DNA of 60,871 bases, filler included, from Vannella sp. (Eukaryota): the NCBI GenBank assembly GCA_023345925.1. It is 5 parts of 5 records of this genome, joined end to end, with 100 filler letters (N's around TTAATTAATTAA, not from the genome) between each part and the next. Parts side by side here need not be neighbours in the genome. Positions count along the whole stretch, not along the records: positions 11,757 to 18,691 come from JAJQQN010000464.1; positions 18,792 to 27,063 come from JAJQQN010001276.1; 3 more parts are not named here. One strand, 5' to 3'. Under the pieces are notes generated by a model. The model saw only the letters and a list, made by a program, of their open reading frames with translations. It ran no database searches and was not told the origin of the DNA. The position numbers and the translations under genes were made by a program. Positions 11,890-22,300 of the stretch are shown here, one piece after another. Position 1 is the first letter of the stretch; each line of letters starts with the position of its first letter.

Positions 11890-12945
11890 TCAGAAGTGGG
11901 CGCCTTTTTGTCTGCTTCGGGTGTGTGGAAGTGCTGGCTGGAGAGAAGATCTTGTGGGAAGGAAGTAAGATGCTGCAAAGTTGAACCCAAGTTGCGAGAG
12001 GTAGTTGGAGCCAAAGACGAACAATTCTTGCTGTGGGAAGGCGATGGAATGGTCCTTTCCAGCGAGTACCGCGCCTATTTCTCTCAATGAAGTGACTTGC
12101 ATTGGTTGGTGCCTTTCAGAGGCTTCACCTACGCCCAGTTGCCCGTAGTTATTCAGGCCCCAAGACCACACATCGCCTTTCTCGTCCAAAGCCAGAGTGT
12201 GTGAGGTCCCGCACGAAGCATTCATGATAGGAGGTAGACCAGCAACTCGACAAAACACTGAAATATCCCCTGAGCGGGGTCCCAGCTGGTTAGAGGAGTT
12301 GTTGCCAGCAGAGAAGACGCTCCCTTCCGAGTCGATGAGGATAGTTGCTGAGGTCAGTGAAGCCAGGCATCGGAGAGAACCTTTGGAGAGTCCTTTTACT
12401 GCTACAGGAGTGGGCAAGAGAGCGTGGCGAGTGTGTCCGAGTCCTAATTGACCGTTCGAGTTGTTGCCAAAGACCCAAATGTCCCCTTCTTGTGCCTCTG
12501 CGACGATGTAGTTGTAACCACAAGCTAACCTAGAGATTGGTGGAAACTTCTCAATCCGTTGTGGCAGAGGAGTCGTCCAGCAGAGAGATTGGTCTGGACA
12601 AGTCACCGACCACAACCAAACATCGCCATTGGTATCCACAGCCGCGGTATGATACTCCCCAGCAGCCACTGAAGCTATCACAGGGAGTTCTGTGACCCTA
12701 GTGAAGGTGCAGCAGGATCGGGGACCGAGAGAACCCGTTTCCCATACGCCGCCCTCGTCATCAAGTACGATGGAGTGCGACCATCCCCAGTCCACCTGGA
12801 CAAGCGCTGGACCTTCCCATAGCTTCTGTATCGGCTTTTCCACAACCTTCTTGTGCCCAAGACCGAGTTGGCCCTGACTGTTGTCACCGAAAGCCCACAA
12901 ACCGCCCTCCAGAGAGAGGAGAAGCGTGTGGTTGCCAAAGGGCAT
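11890..12945 (-). CDS. RCC1-repeat beta-propeller protein (intronless)
   Basis: Repeats such as WAFGDNSQGQLGLG, AAGEYHTAAV, VFGNNSNGQLGLG, SCGTSHTLAL, SWGLNNYGQLGVG. Paralogue of 42276-43355. Confidence 0.92.
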   Translation of the reverse strand: MPFGNHTLLLSLEGGLWAFGDNSQGQLGLGHKKVVEKPIQKLWEGPALVQVDWGWSHSIVLDDEGGVWETGSLGPRSCCTFTRVTELPVIASVAAGEYHTAAVDTNGDVWLWSVTCPDQSLCWTTPLPQRIEKFPPISRLACGYNYIVAEAQEGDIWVFGNNSNGQLGLGHTRHALLPTPVAVKGLSKGSLRCLASLTSATILIDSEGSVFSAGNNSSNQLGPRSGDISVFCRVAGLPPIMNASCGTSHTLALDEKGDVWSWGLNNYGQLGVGEASERHQPMQVTSLREIGAVLAGKDHSIAFPQQELFVFGSNYLSQLGFNFAASYFLPTRSSLQPALPHTRSRQKGAHF

Positions 12946-13021
12946 GAGAAATGAATGAAACGGGAGCCAGAGTGACACCACGCCATGAAGGATCCTTGCC
13001 ACGTGTCATTATCAGGAGTCC

Positions 13022-14518
13022 ATGCGGGGGTGGGTGGCTTTGGTGCTGGTTTTGTGTTGGCTAGGGTGTGTGCATGCACGTGTTGAGACTCTGGACCACA
13101 AGGTGCTTGAAGAGGGTGATTCTTTGTCCAACAAGATCGTTTTCATCACGGCTGCGGACTCCTTGATCGGCTCCGACGCTCCCACCTTTGAGGTGGACCA
13201 AACCTTCTCGCTTGCTACCAAACCTGCCTCGTGGGAGGACCTTTCCACCGTCTCCATCATCTTCTACCCTGTACTGGACAGTATGCGCGTGGGAATCGTG
13301 GACGAGGACAGCGCCCTGCAGCTCTGCTGCACTGCCAGCTTGGTGGAGCGCAAAGTTTGTGAGGAGGAGGGCAGCGTTCTCATCTTCCCAGGGGAGGAGG
13401 GTAAAGTGGACACTATTGTCCACAAGGAGTTTGAGTTCTTCGAGGAAGGAGAGACGACGTGGAGGGACTCTTGGAAAGTGAACCGGAGTGGCGTGTATGA
13501 GCTTCTCTATGTCAACTGTGGAGGATCTGGCCTTGGAAAGGTGTTGATTGATGGGACCCTGACTTACACGAACCCCTTTGGACAGCTTTCTGCGGAGACT
13601 TATCCCCTCTTGTGGTTCTTTGGGATTGCGGCGGCCTTTGTTGTCGTCCTCTTCACTGCTTGGGGCATTACCAACCTGATTCATCGTTCTACTCTCATCT
13701 CTCTTCAGCACTTCTTGTCTGCTCTCCTCGTGCTGATGCTGGTGGAGAGTATCACTTGGTTCTTGATGTTCTGGGTCATCAACCTCTCTGGCAGGGTCCA
13801 CTGGGGCTGGGTGACGATCACAGTCTTAACGTCCTCCATCAAACGTACCGCTGTTGGACTGCTCTACCTGCTGATTAGCCTGGGCTACGGGATCATGAAC
13901 AAAGCCCGAATCACCAACAACGTTCGCCTGATTGTCTTGGTGATCAGCTTCTACTTCCTTGTAAGCACCTCTCAAGAGCTTATCACTGCCTACATCCGAG
14001 AAGGCGTTGTGGCTGCGGAGTACGAGGTTCTCCTCGGCTTCATCAGCCTCGTCATGCTATTCCCCGCTGTCATGATCCCGCTGGGGCTCTTCTGGTGGAT
14101 CTGCGCGTGCTTGATCAAGACCATCCAAAAGCTAAAGCTTCGTAAGCAAGAGGCCAAGCTGGAGCTCTACAACAAGATCCTGGTCAGCTTGATCGTCGCT
14201 GCTGTGGTGACAGCGATGATGATCATTATGGAAACAGGGATCTCTCTTGTCGACTCGGACCAGTTATGGCGCGTGTGGTGGATCTTCTCTGCCTATTGGT
14301 TCGTCCTTTTCCTGTGCCTCACTCTCTCCCTATTGAAGCTTCTTCACCCTAAGCGCAATGAGACTTGGCTAGCTTATACTCGAAAGGAGTCCATCGATGA
14401 TGAGGATAGCGTACAGGTCGAGTTGGACACTCTCGAGAGTGACTTGAATGTCAATTTTGACTTTGACCTCGGATTTGACGACATTAACGTGGAGGAGGAG
14501 ACTTCAAAGATATCATAA
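13022..14518 (+). CDS. Lung seven-transmembrane receptor / GPR107-TMEM87 (GOST) family protein
   Basis: Signal peptide, luminal domain (LCCT, SGVYELLYVNC, TNPFGQLSAETYPLL), 7 TM segments including LISLGYGI and KLELY, and an acidic cytosolic tail. Confidence 0.9.
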   Translation: MRGWVALVLVLCWLGCVHARVETLDHKVLEEGDSLSNKIVFITAADSLIGSDAPTFEVDQTFSLATKPASWEDLSTVSIIFYPVLDSMRVGIVDEDSALQLCCTASLVERKVCEEEGSVLIFPGEEGKVDTIVHKEFEFFEEGETTWRDSWKVNRSGVYELLYVNCGGSGLGKVLIDGTLTYTNPFGQLSAETYPLLWFFGIAAAFVVVLFTAWGITNLIHRSTLISLQHFLSALLVLMLVESITWFLMFWVINLSGRVHWGWVTITVLTSSIKRTAVGLLYLLISLGYGIMNKARITNNVRLIVLVISFYFLVSTSQELITAYIREGVVAAEYEVLLGFISLVMLFPAVMIPLGLFWWICACLIKTIQKLKLRKQEAKLELYNKILVSLIVAAVVTAMMIIMETGISLVDSDQLWRVWWIFSAYWFVLFLCLTLSLLKLLHPKRNETWLAYTRKESIDDEDSVQVELDTLESDLNVNFDFDLGFDDINVEEETSKIS

Positions 14519-14830
14519 ACCTCAATATCTCAATCAGAAGTGTGACAGGGGCCCAGTGTTGTCACTTCTAACGGAAGGAATGTGTTTCCCACGATTTTGT
14601 CAAAAAATCGAAAAGTTCTTCAAATGTCGTGATAACAACACAAGTGGTGAAAAAAGGGCCCTGATCAACTTTGAGGATGTCTGAAAGCGAGCAACGTAAC
14701 AATTATTCTCCTCGAGAGCCAATCAGATCGAAGATGACTGAAAGTATTTTAAGACAAGATTGTACAATAAACAAAACTGAACCCTTTTCTTCAACGTGGT
14801 AAGGCGGAATCGGGAATTTGAGGAAACAAC

Positions 14831-14879
14831 GAAAAACGGGATCTGAGCAGTTTCTGAAAGTGCTCAGATCCCGATTTTC
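14831..14879. repeat. Near-perfect inverted repeat (24-bp arms, 1-nt centre)
   Basis: GAAAAACGGGATCTGAGCAGTTTC-T-GAAAGTGCTCAGATCCCGATTTTC, 2 mismatches. Confidence 0.92.
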
Positions 14880-14920
14880 AGGTACTTAAGGAACTACTCA
14901 CATCCTGCGTACAGATTTTC

Positions 14921-15223
14921 ATGGCTCCAACTCAACCATGCAGGGCTGGCGCGAGGTGTTCGAAGGGCGGATGTACCTTCTCGCATGGACTCTGCAAGAA
15001 TGGTGTCAATTGTAAGAAGATGGCTTTCTGCAAGTTCACGCATCCAGATCATGGGCCTTGCAAGTTTGGTGTCTCTTGTCGGAGGAAAGATGAATGCAAG
15101 TTCCAACATACAGTTCTTGCCCCTTGCAGAGACTCAGTTAGCTGCAAAAGACCTGACTGCCATTTCAATCACCCCGCAGGCTGGGCGAAGGGGGAGTTTG
15201 ATCCATCTTGGTATGATGAATAG
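14921..15223 (+). CDS. Small protein with four tandem CCCH zinc fingers (Nab2-like spacing)
   Basis: C-x5-C-x4/5-C-x3-H four times: CRAGARCSKGGCTFSH, CKNGVNCKKMAFCKFTH, CKFGVSCRRKDECKFQH, CRDSVSCKRPDCHFNH. Confidence 0.85.
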   Translation: MAPTQPCRAGARCSKGGCTFSHGLCKNGVNCKKMAFCKFTHPDHGPCKFGVSCRRKDECKFQHTVLAPCRDSVSCKRPDCHFNHPAGWAKGEFDPSWYDE

Positions 15224-15418
15224 ACCATCTCCCAAATGATACAGCAGTCTCGTACCTTCAAACAACTAAATTGAAGTTCATCAATGCTTGTTACCGCACT
15301 GCATCGAGTGACAGGGGCGAGGAACGCATCCCACATGATAACCTTTAACGGGTTCAGAGGCCACTTTCAATCATAAGGGGATGTTTTAGTGAGGCCACAA
15401 CCTTTTGAGTTTCTATTT

Positions 15419-15908
15419 TGCTAAACAGAGACCTTCCAAGCATGTAAAGAGTAGCACTCACAGTCAACCGAGGGAAGGTTAGCCGCGAAAAAAATGCCCC
15501 CTACTATCTGACCCACTCATAGGTCCCTCTCAAGTCTCTGAGAAGGTCTTGGACACCCGATTTGCACAGTTCAGGCTTGATCCAAGTAAGTACACCCTTT
15601 ACCCTTGAATGTGAGCTACTCACTCGTACCACTTCTCAAAGGATAGCTCGAAGGAGTATCGACCATTGCCAGAGTCTGGGTTTCCGCCCTGCAAGGCATC
15701 AGTAAACATCAAGCGTTGAAGACGAAAAGGACAACATTTCTCTCGCAAGCTGGTATGGAAGGGAAGTAGTCTTCAAAGATAGCTTTGTTGTAGACCCGAG
15801 CCCGAGTCGCAGCGCCGAACGCCTGAAACAGGTAACACTGAATCCCTATTCCTGTTGCAGCAAGTATCACCTCCCTCACTCACTCATCAGCAAAGTACCA
15901 GCTCCTCC
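15419..15908 (-). pseudogene. Degenerate duplicate of the neighbouring MAPEG gene
   Basis: High nucleotide similarity to 16934-17460 including introns. It lacks exon 1 and the 3' end, has a 1-nt shift at one acceptor and an internal deletion. Confidence 0.85.
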
Positions 15909-16613
15909 ACAAGTGGCGAGTACTTTTTCGTCTAGAACCGGCTCTCAAGGGACAGCCGCTGCTTCCAATTGTTTCTGTTGAAGGTAGATTGGATTCTCTT
16001 GAGGCGAGAATCGCTTCTCTTGACGGTAACCGGCACGAAGCATCCACAGCTATTACTTAACGGGCAACAATGCGTTCCAACACCTCCGGAAACAATGGGA
16101 TGACTTCAGCCGCCAGTTCTACGAGATAGAAGACCAGTTGGATGAGAAGACTGAACCCCAAACTACTTTGACCAGGCACTCATGGACCTGTTAACAAGTT
16201 GCAACTAATGTCTACAAACAACGAAAGTTCGGCACATGCCTTGAAGTTGACAAGCTTGCCCTCACAGAAAAAGAAAAGCGTGTGATGTGGGTGATATAAT
16301 AGCCCGGCAGCACTGATCATCAAGAAGGACTCTTTCGAAAGACCAGACAATGCAGAGCTGAAGACGATAGGCCTCACTCTTTTAAATCTTGGCCTCCAGA
16401 TTGGTCATTTTGTGAGGAGTTCCTAACAAAGAAGTGCTAGACATACGAATTACGCTGCCAGATCCACAAAGGCTCGAGATTTGATGACATGATAAAGGAA
16501 AGGGAGCCTTCCAAGACACTAGGTTTGTTTTAAGGTCACTCTTCCTGGGTGTTTCCCTCATTCGTCCAAGAAGCACTGAAAGGCAAAAAACAGAATCAGG
16601 TCAAAATGGAGGG

Positions 16614-16661
16614 CACCATGACTAGTTTCTCATTCTCGAGTTTGAGAAACTAGTTATGGTG
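16614..16661. repeat. Inverted repeat (19-bp arms around a palindromic CTCGAG centre)
   Basis: CACCATGACTAGTTTCTCA-TTCTCGAGTT-TGAGAAACTAGTTATGGTG, 1 mismatch. Confidence 0.9.
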
Positions 16662-16775
16662 ACCTTTCTTGTAGCCCTCTTCCTAGGCTTGGTCTATGCT
16701 AAAAAGATAACAATATCTGGGATACTAGTTGGGGGAGAGGGCCCGGCGGAGCCTCCAAAATGAGCTTCTGAGAAT

Positions 16776-17510
16776 CTATTTTCGAGTAAAGATCTTGGAA
16801 ATGAAGGCTGGCTCTCCAAATCCGGATAATATACATCCAGTAACAATAGCAGCGCCTGTTAGGCTAAGGAGAGAGAGATCTGAGAGGATGCCACCCAGAA
16901 TTCTTCCTTTGGGGCCACGATGGATGTACCCAAAGCTAAACAGAGACCTTCCAATCATGTAAACCAATGCAGCACCCACACTCAACCGAGGAAAGGTCCA
17001 TCCACCCACCATCTGACCCACGTATAAGTTCCCTTTCAGGTTCCTCTCAGTCTGACGAACCGTCGTGAAGAGTGGGAGGTAAACCTCCTCTGAGAAGGTC
17101 GTGGACACTCGCATTGCACAGTTCAGTCTTGGTACAAGTTAGTACACCTTTTTGCGCTTGAATGTGAGCTACTCACTCGTACCACTTCTCGAAGGAGAGC
17201 TCGAGAGAGTATCGACCATTGCCAGAGTCTGGGTTTCCGCCCTACCCAGGGCATCAGTAAACGTCAAGCGGATGGCCTTCGAAATGACAACATTTCTCTC
17301 GCAAGCTGGTATGGAAGGGAAGTGCTCGTCAAAGAAAGCTTTGTTGTAGATCCGAGCCCGAGTCGCAGCACCGAACGCCTGAAACAGGTAACACTGAATC
17401 CCTATTCCTGTTGCAGCAAGTATCACCTCCCTCACTCATCAGCAAAGTACCAGCTCCTCCTCACGGCTACTCACCCAACCATACTCCGAAGGGCGGCCTC
17501 CCGTGGACAT
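16776..17510 (-). CDS. MAPEG family protein (microsomal glutathione S-transferase 3-like), 5 exons
   Basis: Spliced product MSTGGRPSEYGWVILAA...GGNPDSGNGRYSLELSFEKWYELNCAMRV...GRSLFSFGYIHRGPKGRILGG. Confidence 0.85.
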
Positions 17511-17602
17511 GGTGAAATGAAGGTGAAATGAAGGCCAGTGAGGGTGAAATGAGGGTGAAATGAAGGCCAGTGAGGGTGAAATGAAGGGAAATGCAATGAA
17601 AT
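17511..17602. repeat. Tandem GGTGAAATGA repeats in a divergent promoter
   Basis: Five GGTGAAATGA units plus degenerate copies, with a duplicated AGGCCAGTGA spacer, directly abutting the MAPEG start codon. Confidence 0.85.
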
Positions 17603-17661
17603 CGCTCGAATGCAAAGGTTAAGACGCCATTCATGAATTTAGCATGCATTTTGATCATTGA

Positions 17662-18657
17662 ATGGGGTCTCGGCGGGCGAGGTGGGTGGTTGGAGGGGGA
17701 CTGGCAATGTTTGTGGTGCTCGTTCTGGTGCAGCTGGCTCCTACAATCAGTGCTTGGGTTAATCCTCACTCGCTAGAGCCTCCCCATCATGCGCGAGTGG
17801 AGGATATCATTGAGACGGTCGAGTATCAGATCGCCTTGAACCCGAAAGAGGATTGGGCGGACCGGGCGGGGATGATGGCCAAGTGGGTGAAGGCCATGAA
17901 CAAACATAACTCTTTGATCCGCTTTGATATGAAGGATGCTATCGATGACAGCTACTCTGAGCATAACATTCAAGCTGCAGGAGAGAGCCGTTGTGGGACC
18001 CCGCAGAACATGATGACACGTTACAGGCACTTCAAGCGTGATGGAAGGGTTGAATTTACGATCAAAAGGGATGAGGGTGATACAAAGAAACGCGTCTGTG
18101 CGCAACCACTCTGGCCTTCTGCTAAATTCTACAACATTTCGTCTCAAAAATGTGAGGAAGATGTCCATCCTTGCTTCACAAAGTTCTCCCGAGCTACCAC
18201 AGTAGTCTTCCCATCACCTCCTTCCATCAAAATTTGTAAGCATTTGGTAGACCTCTTCCCAAATGCGTTCCCGGAGATTAGTGAGTTAGACACTTTTGGA
18301 AACAAAGTAACTACCAATGTTGACTTGTACTGGTGGCGCGTTCTATGGAAGGGCGACGTTGGAACTCAGATGTCTTATCAAGTGACATTCACAGCAAGCT
18401 ACTCTCTCTCTCAAGCTCATGCGGTTGCTGGAGACCGAAAGATCACTCAGGGAGAAATGTCGCTGCGTTTCTCGAGCAAGGACAACGGCCCCTGGGAGCG
18501 TTATGTGGTCCATCAACTTCAAACCATGGTGTATCGCCTCATTCTCGATTTTGATACTTACGAGGAACACAAAGAATGTGCTCAACGCTACCTGAAAGGG
18601 GAAGATCTGGATCACCTTGGCTATGATGAAAAGCAACATCTAAATGTCCTAAAATAA
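17662..18657 (+). CDS. Signal-anchored hypothetical protein with a CYTH-like motif pattern
   Basis: Intronless 331-aa ORF with an N-terminal TM segment, then VEYQIALNP, TRYR, EFTIKR, KCEEDV, KFSR and GEMSLRF in the order seen in CYTH/TTM-like proteins. The gene is solid; the family call is tentative. Confidence 0.55.
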   Translation: MGSRRARWVVGGGLAMFVVLVLVQLAPTISAWVNPHSLEPPHHARVEDIIETVEYQIALNPKEDWADRAGMMAKWVKAMNKHNSLIRFDMKDAIDDSYSEHNIQAAGESRCGTPQNMMTRYRHFKRDGRVEFTIKRDEGDTKKRVCAQPLWPSAKFYNISSQKCEEDVHPCFTKFSRATTVVFPSPPSIKICKHLVDLFPNAFPEISELDTFGNKVTTNVDLYWWRVLWKGDVGTQMSYQVTFTASYSLSQAHAVAGDRKITQGEMSLRFSSKDNGPWERYVVHQLQTMVYRLILDFDTYEEHKECAQRYLKGEDLDHLGYDEKQHLNVLK

Positions 18658-18691
18658 TCATCCTCACTGGCATCGAGTGAAAGTCACCTTA

Positions 18692-18791
18692 NNNNNNNNN
18701 NNNNNNNNNNNNNNNNNNNNNNNNNNNNNNNNNNNTTAATTAATTAANNNNNNNNNNNNNNNNNNNNNNNNNNNNNNNNNNNNNNNNNNNN
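18692..18791. other. Assembly spacer (contig join)
   Basis: N44-TTAATTAATTAA-N44. Confidence 0.98.
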
Positions 18792-19302
18792 CAACCATTT
18801 CTCATGAAGGCCCTCAAGGCAAGTCATTCTTCAGGGCCTGAACCATTATTTGGTTGCTTTAGAACCCCCTTCAATGAATATTGCGAATTCAGCTGAATGT
18901 GCGTTCTGTAAAGCCGGTGGAGGCCTCATTATGTTGAGATGTGCATACTATGGAATTCCCATCCTCCATACACTGCAGACTGGAATGTTGTACATAACCA
19001 GGATCATGCTTTCGCAAGGGATAGATGGTTTAGCAACCTTTTCGTTCCGTTTTTGTGAAAGATACAGGGCCTAAAGGACCACAGATGCACTGTCTCAATG
19101 AGTAATCTCATTAGGTTACATCTAGAACCTCAGAAATGGTCATCCAAGCTGAGCGTGTGACCACCAAAGGGCATGAAAAACGAGCCGTTTATTTTATGAT
19201 TTGGAGTGCTTTGAGTGCGGCTGACCAGAATCTTCTAAAAGTCTCACAAAAATGTGTTCCTAAGGTGACGACCGGAACGATGAATCATCCCTAATCTAAT
19301 GA

Positions 19303-22300
19303 TTACTCTCTAATAGTCAATAGAATGCGGCCTTCAGGAAGGTTAAACCAAGTCTCATCCATACGAAGAGGGCCATCAGTTAGAGCAATGTCAATACTGC
19401 CCACAAGTTTGCGGTCGATACGAAGCAGAAGGCTCTTCTTCTGGAAGACTGTGATGGATAATATGTGTCCCACTCCACTAATATCCCGATTACAGTTCCA
19501 CACGGGCGATGGGCTGGAAGCAGGCGGGGTTGTTGCTTTAGATCCTCCAAAGTGGATAGAAACAGAGTATTTTGTCACAAAGCTCTTTCTTGTGGATGAG
19601 CACGCTAACTTCTCGGCTTTGTGAGCTGTGACAAGGATTGTTCTCGTAGGAGGAGCAGGATCTAAAATATTGCGGAGGTGTGGAAGCATGGCTTTGTATG
19701 TTCGGGCAGGAAGATTCACATCCAAGGGAGTGACACACCAAGAAAAGCCACTCCTGGTTAGTTTAACCATAATCTTGGCCGAGTTTTCGTCTTCTACTTT
19801 AACTGGATTTGCCTCTAATCTTCCCCAGAGCTCCCAGTCACTTTGTGCCACATTATCGGAGGTCGAATTAGTTGTAAGGATGCGGAGAGAGCTCTCTTTG
19901 ACTGCTAGCCATGACTTAGATGGTGAGAATATGACCAAAGAAATCAAAATAGTTGATACTGAAGGAGGGAGCTTCTCTAAGTCGATAAGAATCTGTTCAC
20001 GATCCAATTGAAGTTCCTTCGGAAGCCATTGCGGGAAGCCAAGGAACTGAGAGGACTTGTCCTTGCTTATGTTATTGAATTGCCAAACAACATCAGCAAA
20101 CTGCTCGTACTCAAAGAACATGCAACAGCTATCAATATCCACTGGCTCGTGAAGAGTCCAATTAGTTCCAATTAGCAGCTTTCGTGAAGTGGGAGGAAGC
20201 TCAGGTTGTGATGTAATGTGGGTGAACCGAGTATTTTCAGCGCTTCTCTTCATCCGAGTCCGACGGGAATGTGATTTCAAGCGGGGATGTTCCACTTCGT
20301 TGTCCAGTGAGGAGTCACAAGGTTCTCGCTTTCGCTCAGAGGACCTAACGGTGCCATGACCGAACTTTTTGCGAGGTTTTTTGCGAGAAGATGTCTTGGG
20401 AGATGGTTCGACACTGAGAGATAAGAGCTCATCCCTGTCAGAAATACTGGCCTGCTCCGGAAGTGCACGGCTCGACACTGTACGAGATTCCTTTTTGATT
20501 TTTTGGGCCTTATGTGACGACATTGAAGGCGATAACGCCTTAATTTTCTTTCTTGAGATTTTCTCAAGTGCACTGGACGCAGCTAAGCCTCTAGACTTGG
20601 ATAATTGGGGCTGAGATTCACTCTGGAGGCGTTTGGCCTCGTCTTGAGGGATGAAAACCTCACTCTCCGGTACATCTCCAAGATCTGGATTGCTTAGGGA
20701 GAAAAGTAGAGATCCTTTACCTGCTGCAGGTCTGGGAGTATGAGATGAAGTGGAGGTTGAGGCTAAATCGTCATCCTTGTCTTCTGCTACTAGGACCAAC
20801 GGTACGATTGGTACAGAACATTTGGTTCTCTCTTCTGCCACCCGTATTCGCTTGGCGACGGAGCGCTCCTGAGGAGGAGCTTCATCAGGTTGGACCTCAA
20901 GCAAGAGCTTTTTGTTTTGTTGGCAATCTCTCTGGCTCTCTTCTTTGAGCTTGCTCTCCCTGAGCATCTCTTTGAGTTGATTCTCTTTCAGCTCCTCCTC
21001 TTTGAGTTGGATCTCCCTCAGCTGTTTTTCTTGAAGTTCTTGCTCTCTTAGTTGGCTTTCCCTAAGCTTCCTCTCCTGAATTTCTTTTTCCTTGAGCTTC
21101 TGCTCCTTCAGCAGCCGATCTTGGAGTAATCGCTCTTGCAACAATCGCTTCCTTTCGTCCTCCTCTTTTGTTCTCCGCTGCTCTTTTAGCTTGTTCAGAG
21201 TACGTCTTGCTAAGTGTGCTCGAGCAACTCTTTGCAGCACATGCACCGACCTCTTTACGTCCAAAAACTTGCGCCTAATTTTGAAGACACGCCATTGGTG
21301 TTGTAGGATCAGAACGCTCGCCACTTGCGTTTGAAATTGTATCCTACAACAACTCATGCGCCACCAACCCTGAACTTGTAGGACAAAACATTGCAGCAAA
21401 TCGCCTCGGTGCTGATCCAGTAACATGGCCACGGTAGTCTTCAGCAAGACCTTGCTTTTACCAAAGACAATGGTCTTGCCAGAGGCTTGGTCAGGAAACT
21501 TCTTCTTGATCTTTCCCACCAGTTTTTTCGCCTCCTTTTTGACTGTAGTTCTGAGGCTAAAGATTGACTGAGGACGCTCAAACAGAAGGGAGTAACGGCT
21601 GACAAACTCATCAAACTTGTAACGAACAGGGAAGCCCATCTTCCGGATTTGGATGCAATTCAGCATGCCAGTGCACCTGAGCTGGGCCATTGTGATTCCA
21701 TCATCAAAGTGACTCGGTTTCTTTGAATTATTGGGCTTAATGCAACGGACAAATAGAGGTGTGGTTCGGTGGATTATGTCCATCAGCTCTTTCAATTGCA
21801 TGCGGAACTGGTAACTTATCGTCGAGTTTCCGCCTGTTGCTCCTGCCGAGGCAGACGATTGGGAATCAACTGAACCAAACATTAATGAGACAAGCTTGTT
21901 CCCACACTGAGATTCGATGATCTCGTGAATGTGCTGGGGAAGGTGATCGTGATCCTTGTCAACCCATTGGTCAACTGTGTAAGTGACCCACCCAGGATAA
22001 TGGTGAAGCTCAAATTGGCTGTCAGAGCTGATGGCAGGTACTCGGTAGACAGGAAGGCTCTCAAATTGCTTATGGAACTTCCGAACCAAGTTATCAGATG
22101 AATTAGGGAACCTTGAGCCCTCTCGCAGCAATGAGAGGATACTGAGAGGAGGCGTTTCGATCAGATTCAAAATGGACTGATTATCGTCACTTTGAATATT
22201 CTTCCATTCGATACCTTCCGCTTGGTACTCTCGCTGCTCAATATCAAAAATATAGTGGTTTTGGAGTTGTTGGAACTTCTCATTCGCATAATTAATGAGG

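Noticed and set aside
16614..16686. Helitron 3' end (hairpin plus CTAG)
   Set aside because: The hairpin is longer and the CTAG further away than typical, and no Rep/helicase is present. Kept only as an unexplained palindrome.
18792..19300. Short ORFs next to the contig gap
   Set aside because: No motifs or consistent splice pattern.
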